From NCBI GenBank assembly GCA_030586555.1, contig JAURAC010000001.1, forward strand, positions 64,001 through 128,000: a stretch of DNA of 64,000 nucleotides, in the 5' to 3' direction. Every line of letters begins with the position of its first letter. Position 1 is the first letter of the stretch. Below the pieces are notes generated by a model. The model ran no database searches. It worked only from the letters and a program-made list of their open reading frames with translations, and was not told the DNA's origin. Made by a program: the position numbers and the translations under genes. The DNA comes from Candidatus Subterrananammoxibius californiae (GTDB lineage Bacteria > Planctomycetota > Brocadiia > Brocadiales > Subterrananammoxibiaceae). This document shows, one piece after another, positions 48,109-57,594 of the stretch.

Positions 48109-48428
48109 AATTGTTTACATGAGAGTTACGACTTCTTTAATGCCCAAATACATTGAGAAAAACATTTAGGTATTTAGTTTGCTATTCACGAGGTGAAGAA
48201 GGGATGGGCTCGTCAACCCCCATAGCAAAATTTTCCAAAAATAATGGAGAAGGCAGGAAAACTGGGCAAGGGTGTTGGCAGGCAGGATAGATGGTTTCGA
48301 TTTTCTTCCATCCTTCTTTAATGTCGAACCATCGCTTATGGTTCAAACGGCTGTCGCTGGATGCAGGGAGGATATTCCGCCCACCTCCTGGATAGACAGC
48401 CAGGGCAGCCGTTTGGCTACGGAAGTTT

Positions 48429-48484
48429 GTAGGGGCAAATGGCATTTGCCCTTACATTTATGGGCGAACGCCGTTCACCCCTAC
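48429..48484. repeat. GTAG REP-like doublet
   Basis: GTAGGGGCAAATGGCATTTGCCC...GGGCGAACGCCGTTCACCCCTAC. Confidence 0.8.
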
Positions 48485-48519
48485 AATTACGTTCTTTTAG
48501 CTTAAAGAAGGAATTTGCA

Positions 48520-50385
48520 ATGAGGTGCCTCTTTAAAACAAGAAAAGATGCGATTAAATTATTTATTGACATCTTAATTTTTGTCCTCTCATACGCAGGT
48601 TCTTTTTTACTAAGGTTCGATGGAAGAATCCCTCCAGAATATTTTAATTTAATCTTCCTTACCCTACCCGTAGTAATTGGTATGCGGTTTTTTACCTTCT
48701 GGCTGTTCGGCATGTTTTACGGGGTGTGGCGCTATACAGGTATTGCCGACCTGCGCTCAATCTTTAAAGCAGCAACGTTTGGCACGTTATTGTTGATTAT
48801 AGTGTTATATCCATTCCACTTTATCAGCGGCTATCCAAGGTCAATATTCATTATGGATTGGTCTCTTTTAGTAATTTTAGCAGGTGGAGTTCGCTTTCTG
48901 AGAAGGCTTATGCTGGAAGGGAATAATGGTGTGTCTGGGGGATGGAAACGTGCGTTAATCGTTGGAGCGGGGGATACAGGGGAGCTGATAGTTCACGAGA
49001 CTCAAAAGGGCAAGATTGGTGCATACAAAGTGGTTGCATTGATAGACGATGACCCCGAAAAGATTAGTATGAGAATCCATGGCGTTAATGTTGTTGGAAA
49101 CGTGGAGGCAATTCCACAAGTCGTCAGGAAGGATGGAATAGATGAGGTCATTGTAGCAATCCCCAGCGCCACGGGAAAAGAGATGCAAAGAATTATGAAA
49201 TATTGCAGGGTGGTGAAAGTACCCGTTAAGGTTACTCCTGCATTGAGGGAGATAGAGACAGGAGAAGGGCATATAAGTCAATTAAGGGATGTTCAACTTG
49301 AAGACCTTATTGGTCGTGAGCCCGTTTATACTGATCTTGGGTACATAAAGGGTGAGATTGCAGGAAAGGTAATTATGGTTACGGGGGCAGGTGGGTCCAT
49401 TGGCACTGAAATATGCAGGCAGGTTGCAAGTTTTCATCCCCGCAAGCTTATCCTATTTGAACGCGCAGAAAATAATCTCTTTTATCTTTTACGCGCATTA
49501 CAAGAGGAATTTCCAGCGCAAGAATTTATTCCTGTCATTGGCGATATAATTAATACTGGCCAGGTTAAAAGTATTTTGAATAACCTGCATCCGTATTTAA
49601 TCTTGCATACTGCAGCCCATAAGCACGTTCCTTTAATGGAGCTTAACCCTTTTGAGACGATAAGAAATAACGTAGTGGGGACTAAGAACCTTGCCTGGGC
49701 TTGCAGCCAGAATGGGGTCGAGAAGTTTATTCTTCTTTCAACCGATAAAGCAGCTAATCCAGCATGCTTTATGGGTGTCTCCAAGCGGATTGCGGAATTA
49801 TACATTCAGGGACTTGCAAAACGTTGTAACGTGAAGTTTATGAGCGTGAGGTTTGGAAATGTGTTGGAAAGTACAGGAAGTGTAGTACGTATATTTAAAG
49901 AGCAGATAGCTAAGAGAAGCCCATTAACGGTAACCCATCCTGATGTGATGCGTTATTTTATGTCTAAATCTGAGGCGGTTCATTTAGTTCTTCAAGCGGC
50001 AGCCATTGGAGCTGGAGGTGAAATCTTTGTGCTCGATATGGGAAAACCTGTGAAGATTCTCGATGTAGCCAAGGAGATTATCCATCTGGCAGGTCTTGAG
50101 CCACATAAGGACATCGGAATAACTTTTACGGGCCTAAGGATGGGAGAGAAGATTGTTGAAACCCTTTTTAACGATGGAGAGACGATTTGTCCCACCAGCC
50201 ATTCAAAAATCAGAGTTGTCGTAAACGGATGTCTGCCCGATTGGGACAAGCTTAATGACGATATACAAGAATTAGAAGAAATGATTGAGTATTGGGATGC
50301 CAGCTATCTTAAAGAAAAACTCTTTGAGATTGTCCCTACATATAAACCAGGTTTTGTGTCTGAAGAAGTTTTATCTCTGCAATAA
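48520..50385 (+). CDS. Membrane-bound UDP-sugar 4,6-dehydratase (PglF/CapD/WbpM family)
   Basis: 4 TM helices, IVGAG, VTGAGGSIG, AAHKHVP, STDKA.NP..MG.SK, VRFGNV. Confidence 0.93.
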   Translation: MRCLFKTRKDAIKLFIDILIFVLSYAGSFLLRFDGRIPPEYFNLIFLTLPVVIGMRFFTFWLFGMFYGVWRYTGIADLRSIFKAATFGTLLLIIVLYPFHFISGYPRSIFIMDWSLLVILAGGVRFLRRLMLEGNNGVSGGWKRALIVGAGDTGELIVHETQKGKIGAYKVVALIDDDPEKISMRIHGVNVVGNVEAIPQVVRKDGIDEVIVAIPSATGKEMQRIMKYCRVVKVPVKVTPALREIETGEGHISQLRDVQLEDLIGREPVYTDLGYIKGEIAGKVIMVTGAGGSIGTEICRQVASFHPRKLILFERAENNLFYLLRALQEEFPAQEFIPVIGDIINTGQVKSILNNLHPYLILHTAAHKHVPLMELNPFETIRNNVVGTKNLAWACSQNGVEKFILLSTDKAANPACFMGVSKRIAELYIQGLAKRCNVKFMSVRFGNVLESTGSVVRIFKEQIAKRSPLTVTHPDVMRYFMSKSEAVHLVLQAAAIGAGGEIFVLDMGKPVKILDVAKEIIHLAGLEPHKDIGITFTGLRMGEKIVETLFNDGETICPTSHSKIRVVVNGCLPDWDKLNDDIQELEEMIEYWDASYLKEKLFEIVPTYKPGFVSEEVLSLQ

Positions 50386-50408
50386 TTTGGTAATAGGAAC
50401 TGTGTAAT

Positions 50409-51503
50409 ATGCCCATAAAAAGAGGAGCGATGTTTTGCGCTTTGTACGTTTTCATAATCGTTACGTTTTTAACACACTCAAGCTGTTCACAGTTCCGTTC
50501 GCACGATGTTCAACCCACCCCGGTAGCACAGCCACCTCAGGGTAAGGGCTTTCCCTTAGAAGACCATTTAGAAGCGGTGTTTAAGGGGCGAAAACCGGAA
50601 TATCAAAAGGAGGCGAAGCCATTTGAGAGAGATTACCTTCTGGGTCCAGAAGACGTCCTTGAGATAAAGGTTCTATTATCACCAGAACTTGATAGGAGTA
50701 TTCGAATTGGTCTTGATGGTTATATCAGCTATCCATTAATTGGGAAGGTACTTGTGGCAGGTTTAACCCCATACGAGTTGGAACAGAAGATTGCGGAATT
50801 GTTGGGCGAAAAGTACCTGAAGGAACCACAGGTAAGCATATTTGTTAAAGAATATAAGAGCAGGTGGACTGCGGTTATAGGCGGCGTGGAAGAGCCGGGG
50901 GTTTTTCCCCTTACAAAGCCTGTTAATACGCTTGTTGAACTGCTTAGCAGGGCTGGTGGACTATCGAAGGGTCAAGAGAGGCTTGCCGGACACAAGCTTT
51001 ACGTTATTCCTGCAAAGCAAAAAGAATCTGCCGATATGCCAACCATCTACACGATTAGCGTCCATGAGCTTCTGGAAACCGGGAGCCCAGAGCTTAATAT
51101 TGAGATTCTTCCGGGTGATATTATTTACGTGCCTACTACTGAATTCTATTTTGTAAGCGGGGAGGTAAAAAAGCCTGGCGCATATGCCTTAAAGAAGAAG
51201 ATGACCGTTATGCAGGCATTATCTGAGGCTGGCAGTTTTTCAGACATCGCATCCATGAAGGATGCAAAGGTAACAAAAAGGTTGCCGGATGGTAGAGAGG
51301 TAACTGTAAAGATAAATTTTAAGGACGTACTTGATGGCAAAGCTGAAAATATCCCTGTTGATGGTGGGGATGTTCTTTACGTGGGCAAGAGTACCTTAAA
51401 GGTCGTGGGGGCATACTCTCAGGAGTATGCAAAGGCACTTTCAACGGCTTTTACATCCGGGTTTGCCTCTGCCTTTGCCTTTGAGACTGTAAGAGGTAAT
51501 TAA
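50409..51503 (+). CDS. wza: Polysaccharide export protein (Wza/OPX family, SLBB domains)
   Basis: Y.LGPEDVL.I, DG.ISYPLIG, two SLBB repeats (GEVKKPG). Confidence 0.88.
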   Translation: MPIKRGAMFCALYVFIIVTFLTHSSCSQFRSHDVQPTPVAQPPQGKGFPLEDHLEAVFKGRKPEYQKEAKPFERDYLLGPEDVLEIKVLLSPELDRSIRIGLDGYISYPLIGKVLVAGLTPYELEQKIAELLGEKYLKEPQVSIFVKEYKSRWTAVIGGVEEPGVFPLTKPVNTLVELLSRAGGLSKGQERLAGHKLYVIPAKQKESADMPTIYTISVHELLETGSPELNIEILPGDIIYVPTTEFYFVSGEVKKPGAYALKKKMTVMQALSEAGSFSDIASMKDAKVTKRLPDGREVTVKINFKDVLDGKAENIPVDGGDVLYVGKSTLKVVGAYSQEYAKALSTAFTSGFASAFAFETVRGN

Positions 51504-51598
51504 GGAAATCCGAAAGACTTATGAAATTGAGGACTTGCGAAGGCAGGAATAATTAAAAATTGCATATCCATTTGAATAATTATGTTTGAGGGCGGACA

Positions 51599-53893
51599 AT
51601 GTGGAAGGAAATAAGTAACTTAGAAAATTCTAACAAGAGTTTAGTTAATAATATCATAAGACCTCCATTCCATGATGAAAGGGAAAGTGAGGAAAATGTT
51701 AATCTTATGGATTATTGGCGGATAATCCTTCGCCAGCGGTGGACAATAATCAGCGTCCTTGTAGTGTTTACAGTAATAGTTACCATTGGAACATTCAAGA
51801 TGAAGCCTGTTTATCAGGCTACTACCACATTACGGATTTCCAGGGAGGCCCCAAAGGTGCTGTCGTTTGAGGATGTGGTTAAGACGAGCGGACTTAATTA
51901 CAGCGGAGACGACTTCTACAGAACACAATATGAAATAATTAAAAGCAGAACATTAGCAGACAAAGTTATAAAGAGGCTAAATCTTGACCAGCATCCCGAA
52001 TTTGCCCCTACTGATGAGGACTCACCTATTGATGGAATAAAGACTGCATTGGTTATGTGGCTTTCTAACGCCGTGGGTAGTGAAAAAACTTTGACGGGGG
52101 GGATATGGGATAAGGATTTTGAGAAGTCGGCATTGATAGATGCTTTTTTACGCCGAATCGAGATACAGCCGATAAGGAATAGCGAGCTGGTTAAGGTAAA
52201 TGCAAACACATATTATCCCGACCTTTCCGCATTAATCACAAACACCCTTGCCGAAGAATACATCCAGCAGAATTTGCAAAACAAAACTGTTACTACAATA
52301 GATGCAAGCGGGCAGCTATCAGAGCAATTGGTGGAATTAAAGGGAAGATTAGAAGAATCAGAGATGGCTTTGTATAGGTACTGTGAGGGAAATGATATTG
52401 TAGCCCTGGATGAGAAACAAAGTATTTTGCAGGAGAACCTGAAAAGGATTTCGACACTTTTGACCGAAGCGGAAGCTAAACACATAGATGTGGAAACCAT
52501 GTGCGCAGTGCTTAAGAATGCTGATGTCGAATCTATTCCGGCTGTAATAAAGAGTACGCTTATAGACGATTTAGAGATTGAATATGTCAAGGCTAATGCA
52601 GAATATCTCTTTGAACTCGGTCGTCTAAAACCAGACCATCCTGCTGCCCTTCGTATTAAAACCCAGATGGAAACAATTAAACAGATGATGGATGCCAGGG
52701 TTCAAAGGTTTAAGGATGGAATGGAACTTGAGTATAAGCAGGCATTGGCGAAGGAAGAAGAACTTCGTGGTAAGCTTGAAGATTTGAAAAAGGAAGTGCT
52801 TGTGATTGCTAAAAAGACGATTCCTTACAAAAGCCTGGAAAGAGAGGTTAAGGCAAATACAGAACTGTATAATGGGCTTCTTCAAAGGATGAAGGAGGCT
52901 GGGGTGTCCTCAGGGATCAAGACAACCAATGTGCAGGTGGTTGACGGGGCTGAGATACCAAAGGTTCCTTATAAACCCAAGAAGAAGCTCAATATTTTAT
53001 TGGCTATGCTTGTGGGATTAACCTTTGGTACAGGATTAGCATTCTTCCTCGATTACCTTGACAACACGGTTAAAGGTCCTGATGACGTGGAAAATCGCAT
53101 CAAATTGCCCCTATTAGGTTTTGTTCCGACAATTGAGGACCTGAAGAATAGCGAAGGCGAGAATGGCACGGATGACACATTCAGGAAGGATTTAATAGCA
53201 CATTACGAGTTGCGCTCAAGCGCTTCGGAGGCATACAGAACGATTCGTACTGGCGTACTGTTTTCCTCACCGGATAGAAAGGTTCATTCCATTCTTGTTA
53301 CAAGCGCATATCCTACCGAGGGTAAGACTGTCACGGCTGTAAATCTCGCCACAGTGCTTGCGCAGGGTAATGATTCGGTGCTACTTATTGATGCTGATTT
53401 GAGACGTCCAAGGATTCATAAGACCTTTAAGATTGATAACTCAAAGGGGCTTACAAACTTGCTCATTGGAGAAGCCTCAATGGATGAGGTAATCCAGGAA
53501 TCACCTGTAGAAAACCTCTATGTACTTCCCTCTGGACCTATTCCACCAAATCCTTCCGAGCTTCTCGGTTCGAAAAGTATGGATGAATTGATTGAAAAGC
53601 TAAAAGGAAAATATGCAAGGATTGTTATTGACTCTTCACCTATGGTTGCCGTTACGGATGCAAGGATAATTGCAACCAAGGTGGATGGCTGTATCTGTGT
53701 AATACGTGCTGCAAAGAGCGATATAAGGGGAACAAAGAGGGCTAAAGAACAATTGGAAGATATTGGCGGGCGGTTTATAGGCGCTATCTTAAATAATGTC
53801 TCAATGGATAGAAGGTCTTCTTACGGTTACTACTACTATCGTTACGGATATTATCACCATTATTATGGTGAAGACGAAAAAAAGGATACGTAG
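51599..53893 (+). CDS. wzc: Polysaccharide co-polymerase/tyrosine kinase
   Basis: Two TM helices, EAYRTIR, Walker A PTEGKT, IDADLRRP, Tyr-rich C-terminus. Confidence 0.93.
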   Translation: MWKEISNLENSNKSLVNNIIRPPFHDERESEENVNLMDYWRIILRQRWTIISVLVVFTVIVTIGTFKMKPVYQATTTLRISREAPKVLSFEDVVKTSGLNYSGDDFYRTQYEIIKSRTLADKVIKRLNLDQHPEFAPTDEDSPIDGIKTALVMWLSNAVGSEKTLTGGIWDKDFEKSALIDAFLRRIEIQPIRNSELVKVNANTYYPDLSALITNTLAEEYIQQNLQNKTVTTIDASGQLSEQLVELKGRLEESEMALYRYCEGNDIVALDEKQSILQENLKRISTLLTEAEAKHIDVETMCAVLKNADVESIPAVIKSTLIDDLEIEYVKANAEYLFELGRLKPDHPAALRIKTQMETIKQMMDARVQRFKDGMELEYKQALAKEEELRGKLEDLKKEVLVIAKKTIPYKSLEREVKANTELYNGLLQRMKEAGVSSGIKTTNVQVVDGAEIPKVPYKPKKKLNILLAMLVGLTFGTGLAFFLDYLDNTVKGPDDVENRIKLPLLGFVPTIEDLKNSEGENGTDDTFRKDLIAHYELRSSASEAYRTIRTGVLFSSPDRKVHSILVTSAYPTEGKTVTAVNLATVLAQGNDSVLLIDADLRRPRIHKTFKIDNSKGLTNLLIGEASMDEVIQESPVENLYVLPSGPIPPNPSELLGSKSMDELIEKLKGKYARIVIDSSPMVAVTDARIIATKVDGCICVIRAAKSDIRGTKRAKEQLEDIGGRFIGAILNNVSMDRRSSYGYYYYRYGYYHHYYGEDEKKDT

Positions 53894-53896
53894 AAT

Positions 53897-53924
53897 GTAA
53901 GGGCGTATTGCAATACGCCCATAC
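53897..53924. repeat. GTAA variant REP-like palindrome
   Basis: GTAAGGGCGTATTGCAATACGCCCATAC. Confidence 0.75.
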
Positions 53925-53929
53925 CAAAT

Positions 53930-56782
53930 GTGATGAAAAAAAGAATTGCACAAATTTGTGACAAGATAATTATTTCGGGTGTGATTGGATTGGTGGTATT
54001 CACACCTATTGCCATTGGTTCAGTTCATGTACGGGCATTCAGCATGATGGAATTGATTGTTATTGGCTTGGTTCTGACGTGGATGATTAAATTGCTATGC
54101 TTGAGGGACGAATCTGTGGAGGAATCTCTAAGCGATAGGCAGGATTTGGTATGCAAAATGCCAAAAAGCCGATTCGGGTTCGTTAAGACGCCTTTAAACG
54201 TGCCTTTCTTGATATTCGTAGGCATCCTGCTTTTTCAGACCGTTCCATTACCCATGTCGGCAATAAGATTCTTGTCCCCTGAAACATACGAAATATATTC
54301 CAATTACTTACCAGACAAAGAAGACCACAATCTAAAATCCGAAATCCGAAATCCGAAATCCGAAACCGCACCCTTAACCCTGGGGGGAGAAGACAGGGTA
54401 GAGAAACGGATGACAATAAGCATAAACCCTCACTCCACTCGTATAGAACTATTCAAGATACTTTCGTATGTGGCGGTCTTTTTTTTAATCGTGAATAATT
54501 TTAAGACCCACAGGGAGATAAATTACCTACTTTTTTCAATAATCCTTGTCGGATGCTTTGAAGCTGTTTATGGTTTCTGCGAATATTCAAATGGTAACAG
54601 GAATATATTATTTGCACCCCGGAAGTACAATATAGACCGTCTGGCAGGCACATACGTGAATCCAAACCATCTTGCGGGCCTTCTTGAGATGATAATTCCC
54701 ATAGCAGTCTCGTTTAGCATTTGCAGTTTAACCATTAAGGACCACCCTGAAGAGTCCTCGTTCAGGGCTAAATTATCCCTGCTTTCCAGCAGAAAGAATT
54801 TTACAAACATCTTATTACTGATTTCTATTGCGCTCTTAGTAGGTGCGCTCTTTCTATCACAGTCTCGGATGGGAGTTATGGGTTTCCTTATCTCAATCTG
54901 GATATTTGGCATATATATCTTAAAAAAGTTTTATAAAAGAAATGAACTTGTTTTTGTGGTTGGGGGATTATCAGGGGTCTTATTCTTTGCCTCCTGGGTG
55001 GGGCTAAATTCGCTGTACGAAAGATTCTCAACGATGAATGAGTTGACTATAGAGGGAAGGACGGACATCTGGAAAGATACAGGTGGAATATTAAGAGACT
55101 TTCTAATCCTTGGAACCGGCAAAGGCACATTTATTGATATATACAAGAAATACAAAACAATCCCTGATGAGTTAACGTACGACCATGCCCATAATGACTA
55201 CCTCGAACTCCTTTCTGAAATGGGTTTGTCTGGATTGGCAGTTACAGTTATAGGCGGAGGATTCTTCACCTACAAGATTATCAGTCAACTAACAAAGAGG
55301 CGAGACGCCTATGTAAGAAATATCTCGGTTGGGTTGTTGTGCAGTCTAACGGCAATAATAGTTCACAGCACAACGGATTTCAACATGTTCATTACAGCTA
55401 ACGCATTACTATTCTCAATAATCCTGGCTTTGTTAACGCTAACGGCTCATTTAAAAAATACGGAAAAAGGGCGCAATGTCTTGCAGCCTTCGGCCTTCAG
55501 CCTTCAGCCTTCAGCCCATGCTTTAAGAAAACCTTTATATGCCTTTATTATTATTCTTACAATCTTCTTTTCCATTCCTGTGTTAAGGACGTGTATGGCT
55601 GATGTGTACTATAGGAAGGCTAAGATGCTGGCAGAATCTTCTCAAGAAAATATTCCATTGTCAATCCCATACATGCAAAAATGTATCACCCTCGATAAGT
55701 CAAATAGTGTCTATCATTTTGAACTCGGAAGAATGTTTTTACAATTAACAAAGACGCAGAGTAATCCTGATGAGTTTAAACGAAATGCCATACTCGCTGA
55801 GGAGCAATTCGAGAATGCTATAACTTCTAACCCTTGCTATTCTCTGGCGCACTCAGGACTTGGGGTTGTATATAACTTATACAGAACAATGAACAAGCAG
55901 GCAAGCTGGCAAGTCTGCAAGCTGGCAAGCATTGAAACTGAACGAAGCCATCTAAATAAAGCCGTAGCCCTTAATCCGTCGAGTTATTCCCACAATTATT
56001 TGGCTGGATGTGTATATGTAAAGGATTGGAACACATTGCTACAAGAAGATAGAGAAATGGCTTTAAAATACCTCAGGACTACGATTGAGCTTAATCCGGA
56101 ATATTTTAATAAAGTCCTCCAGGCGTCCTGGCAATATATTCAGGATTATAATTGGGTTAAAAGGATAATCCCCCGTACCTCTGATAGCTATATGAAACTG
56201 GCTATGTTCCTCGATGAAAAAAGGATATTCAGGGAGAGAAACATTGCCTGGGAAGCGGCACGGGAAATAAACGGCAAGCCAGTCCTTCCATCTATATTTG
56301 AAGACAATAATTTTATAGTTAATGGCGGGTTTGAATATGAACCGGGCTCTGCATGGGATGATTGGGAAGTAGGAAAGGTTGATGGGGCAGTTGTTAGCAC
56401 TGGAAATTCCGAATCGGTTGAGGGTAATAATTCGCTCAAAGTCCTTTTTGATGGGACAAAGGATGTGGATTTTCATCATGTAACTCAAACAATAAGGGTT
56501 AAGGGTGGCGCTAAATATATTCTTACTGGTTATATAAAGACCCGGGACCTTACTTCAAAAAGTGGGATAAGGATATGTTTATACGGTAGAAACGAGCGGA
56601 AAGATACGGAGCCTTTTTTGGGGACACGTGATTGGGAGAGATTTACCCTCGAATTTGATACGCCAGAAGATTGTAACGTTGTAAACGTGATGGTTTATAG
56701 AACGGGTCTCGGCACCGTTAAGAAAGAACTTATTTCCGGAACTGTCTGGATAGACAGGTTACAGCTTTCTACGACGATATGA
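53930..56782 (+). CDS. O-antigen ligase/polymerase-family protein fused to TPR-like and carbohydrate-binding-like domains
   Basis: GTYVNPNH, SQSRMG, GTGKGTF, HAHNDYL; helical repeats; NFIVNGGFE...W.D CBM-like C-terminus. Confidence 0.85.
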   Translation: MMKKRIAQICDKIIISGVIGLVVFTPIAIGSVHVRAFSMMELIVIGLVLTWMIKLLCLRDESVEESLSDRQDLVCKMPKSRFGFVKTPLNVPFLIFVGILLFQTVPLPMSAIRFLSPETYEIYSNYLPDKEDHNLKSEIRNPKSETAPLTLGGEDRVEKRMTISINPHSTRIELFKILSYVAVFFLIVNNFKTHREINYLLFSIILVGCFEAVYGFCEYSNGNRNILFAPRKYNIDRLAGTYVNPNHLAGLLEMIIPIAVSFSICSLTIKDHPEESSFRAKLSLLSSRKNFTNILLLISIALLVGALFLSQSRMGVMGFLISIWIFGIYILKKFYKRNELVFVVGGLSGVLFFASWVGLNSLYERFSTMNELTIEGRTDIWKDTGGILRDFLILGTGKGTFIDIYKKYKTIPDELTYDHAHNDYLELLSEMGLSGLAVTVIGGGFFTYKIISQLTKRRDAYVRNISVGLLCSLTAIIVHSTTDFNMFITANALLFSIILALLTLTAHLKNTEKGRNVLQPSAFSLQPSAHALRKPLYAFIIILTIFFSIPVLRTCMADVYYRKAKMLAESSQENIPLSIPYMQKCITLDKSNSVYHFELGRMFLQLTKTQSNPDEFKRNAILAEEQFENAITSNPCYSLAHSGLGVVYNLYRTMNKQASWQVCKLASIETERSHLNKAVALNPSSYSHNYLAGCVYVKDWNTLLQEDREMALKYLRTTIELNPEYFNKVLQASWQYIQDYNWVKRIIPRTSDSYMKLAMFLDEKRIFRERNIAWEAAREINGKPVLPSIFEDNNFIVNGGFEYEPGSAWDDWEVGKVDGAVVSTGNSESVEGNNSLKVLFDGTKDVDFHHVTQTIRVKGGAKYILTGYIKTRDLTSKSGIRICLYGRNERKDTEPFLGTRDWERFTLEFDTPEDCNVVNVMVYRTGLGTVKKELISGTVWIDRLQLSTTI

Positions 56783-57594
56783 ACTATAAAATGAAAGCCG
56801 CCATTTTAGGCGCTGAAGGATTCTTAGGTTCAGAACTATATAATTGTTTTAATGGTCACTATGATGTTTATGGAATAACCAGAACAAATTACAATGCTAA
56901 ACGTGGGGAGGAATTTGACATTTTCATCAATGCAAACGGTAATAGCAAACGATACTGGGCTAATAACAATATCTTAAAGGATTTTGAAGCTTCTACGCTT
57001 TCTGTTTATAAAACTTTCTCTGATTTTAAGATTAAATTTTATATCTACATTTCTTCCGCTGACGTTTATGCAAAACATGGAGATTTATCGAAAACGAAAG
57101 AAGAAACAATTATTAATTCTATGAACTTATGCCCGTATGGTTTTCATAAATACCTTTCTGAGTTAATAGTAAAAAAATATGCCAATAAATATCTTATCCT
57201 GCGCAGTTCTGCTATGGTAGGGGAAAGCATGAAAAAAGGACCGATTAAAGACGTATTGGATGGCAAGCCACTGTTTATTACTTTAGATTCAAAGCTGCAA
57301 TTTATAAGTACTTCTGAGATTGCCATGATAATCACGAAACTTGTAAGCGATAATATTCATAATGAAATATTTAACGTGGGTGGCGTTGGTACGGTCTCAT
57401 TTAATTATTTAGAAAGGATACTTCGTAAGAAACTGATAGTTCAGCAGGAAGCCGAAAAACAGATTTACGAAATGGATGTAGCAAAGCTGAGGATGATTTT
57501 TCCATTAAGAAAATCAGAAGAATATGTTCAAGACTGCCTTAACAAACTAAATTCAGAGGATATAAGAAGTGAAAGAATGGACAAATCAATATAA
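56779..57594 (+). CDS. NAD-dependent epimerase/dehydratase
   Basis: GAEGFLG, ISSADVY, YGFHK (YxxxK). Confidence 0.85.
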   Translation: MNYKMKAAILGAEGFLGSELYNCFNGHYDVYGITRTNYNAKRGEEFDIFINANGNSKRYWANNNILKDFEASTLSVYKTFSDFKIKFYIYISSADVYAKHGDLSKTKEETIINSMNLCPYGFHKYLSELIVKKYANKYLILRSSAMVGESMKKGPIKDVLDGKPLFITLDSKLQFISTSEIAMIITKLVSDNIHNEIFNVGGVGTVSFNYLERILRKKLIVQQEAEKQIYEMDVAKLRMIFPLRKSEEYVQDCLNKLNSEDIRSERMDKSI

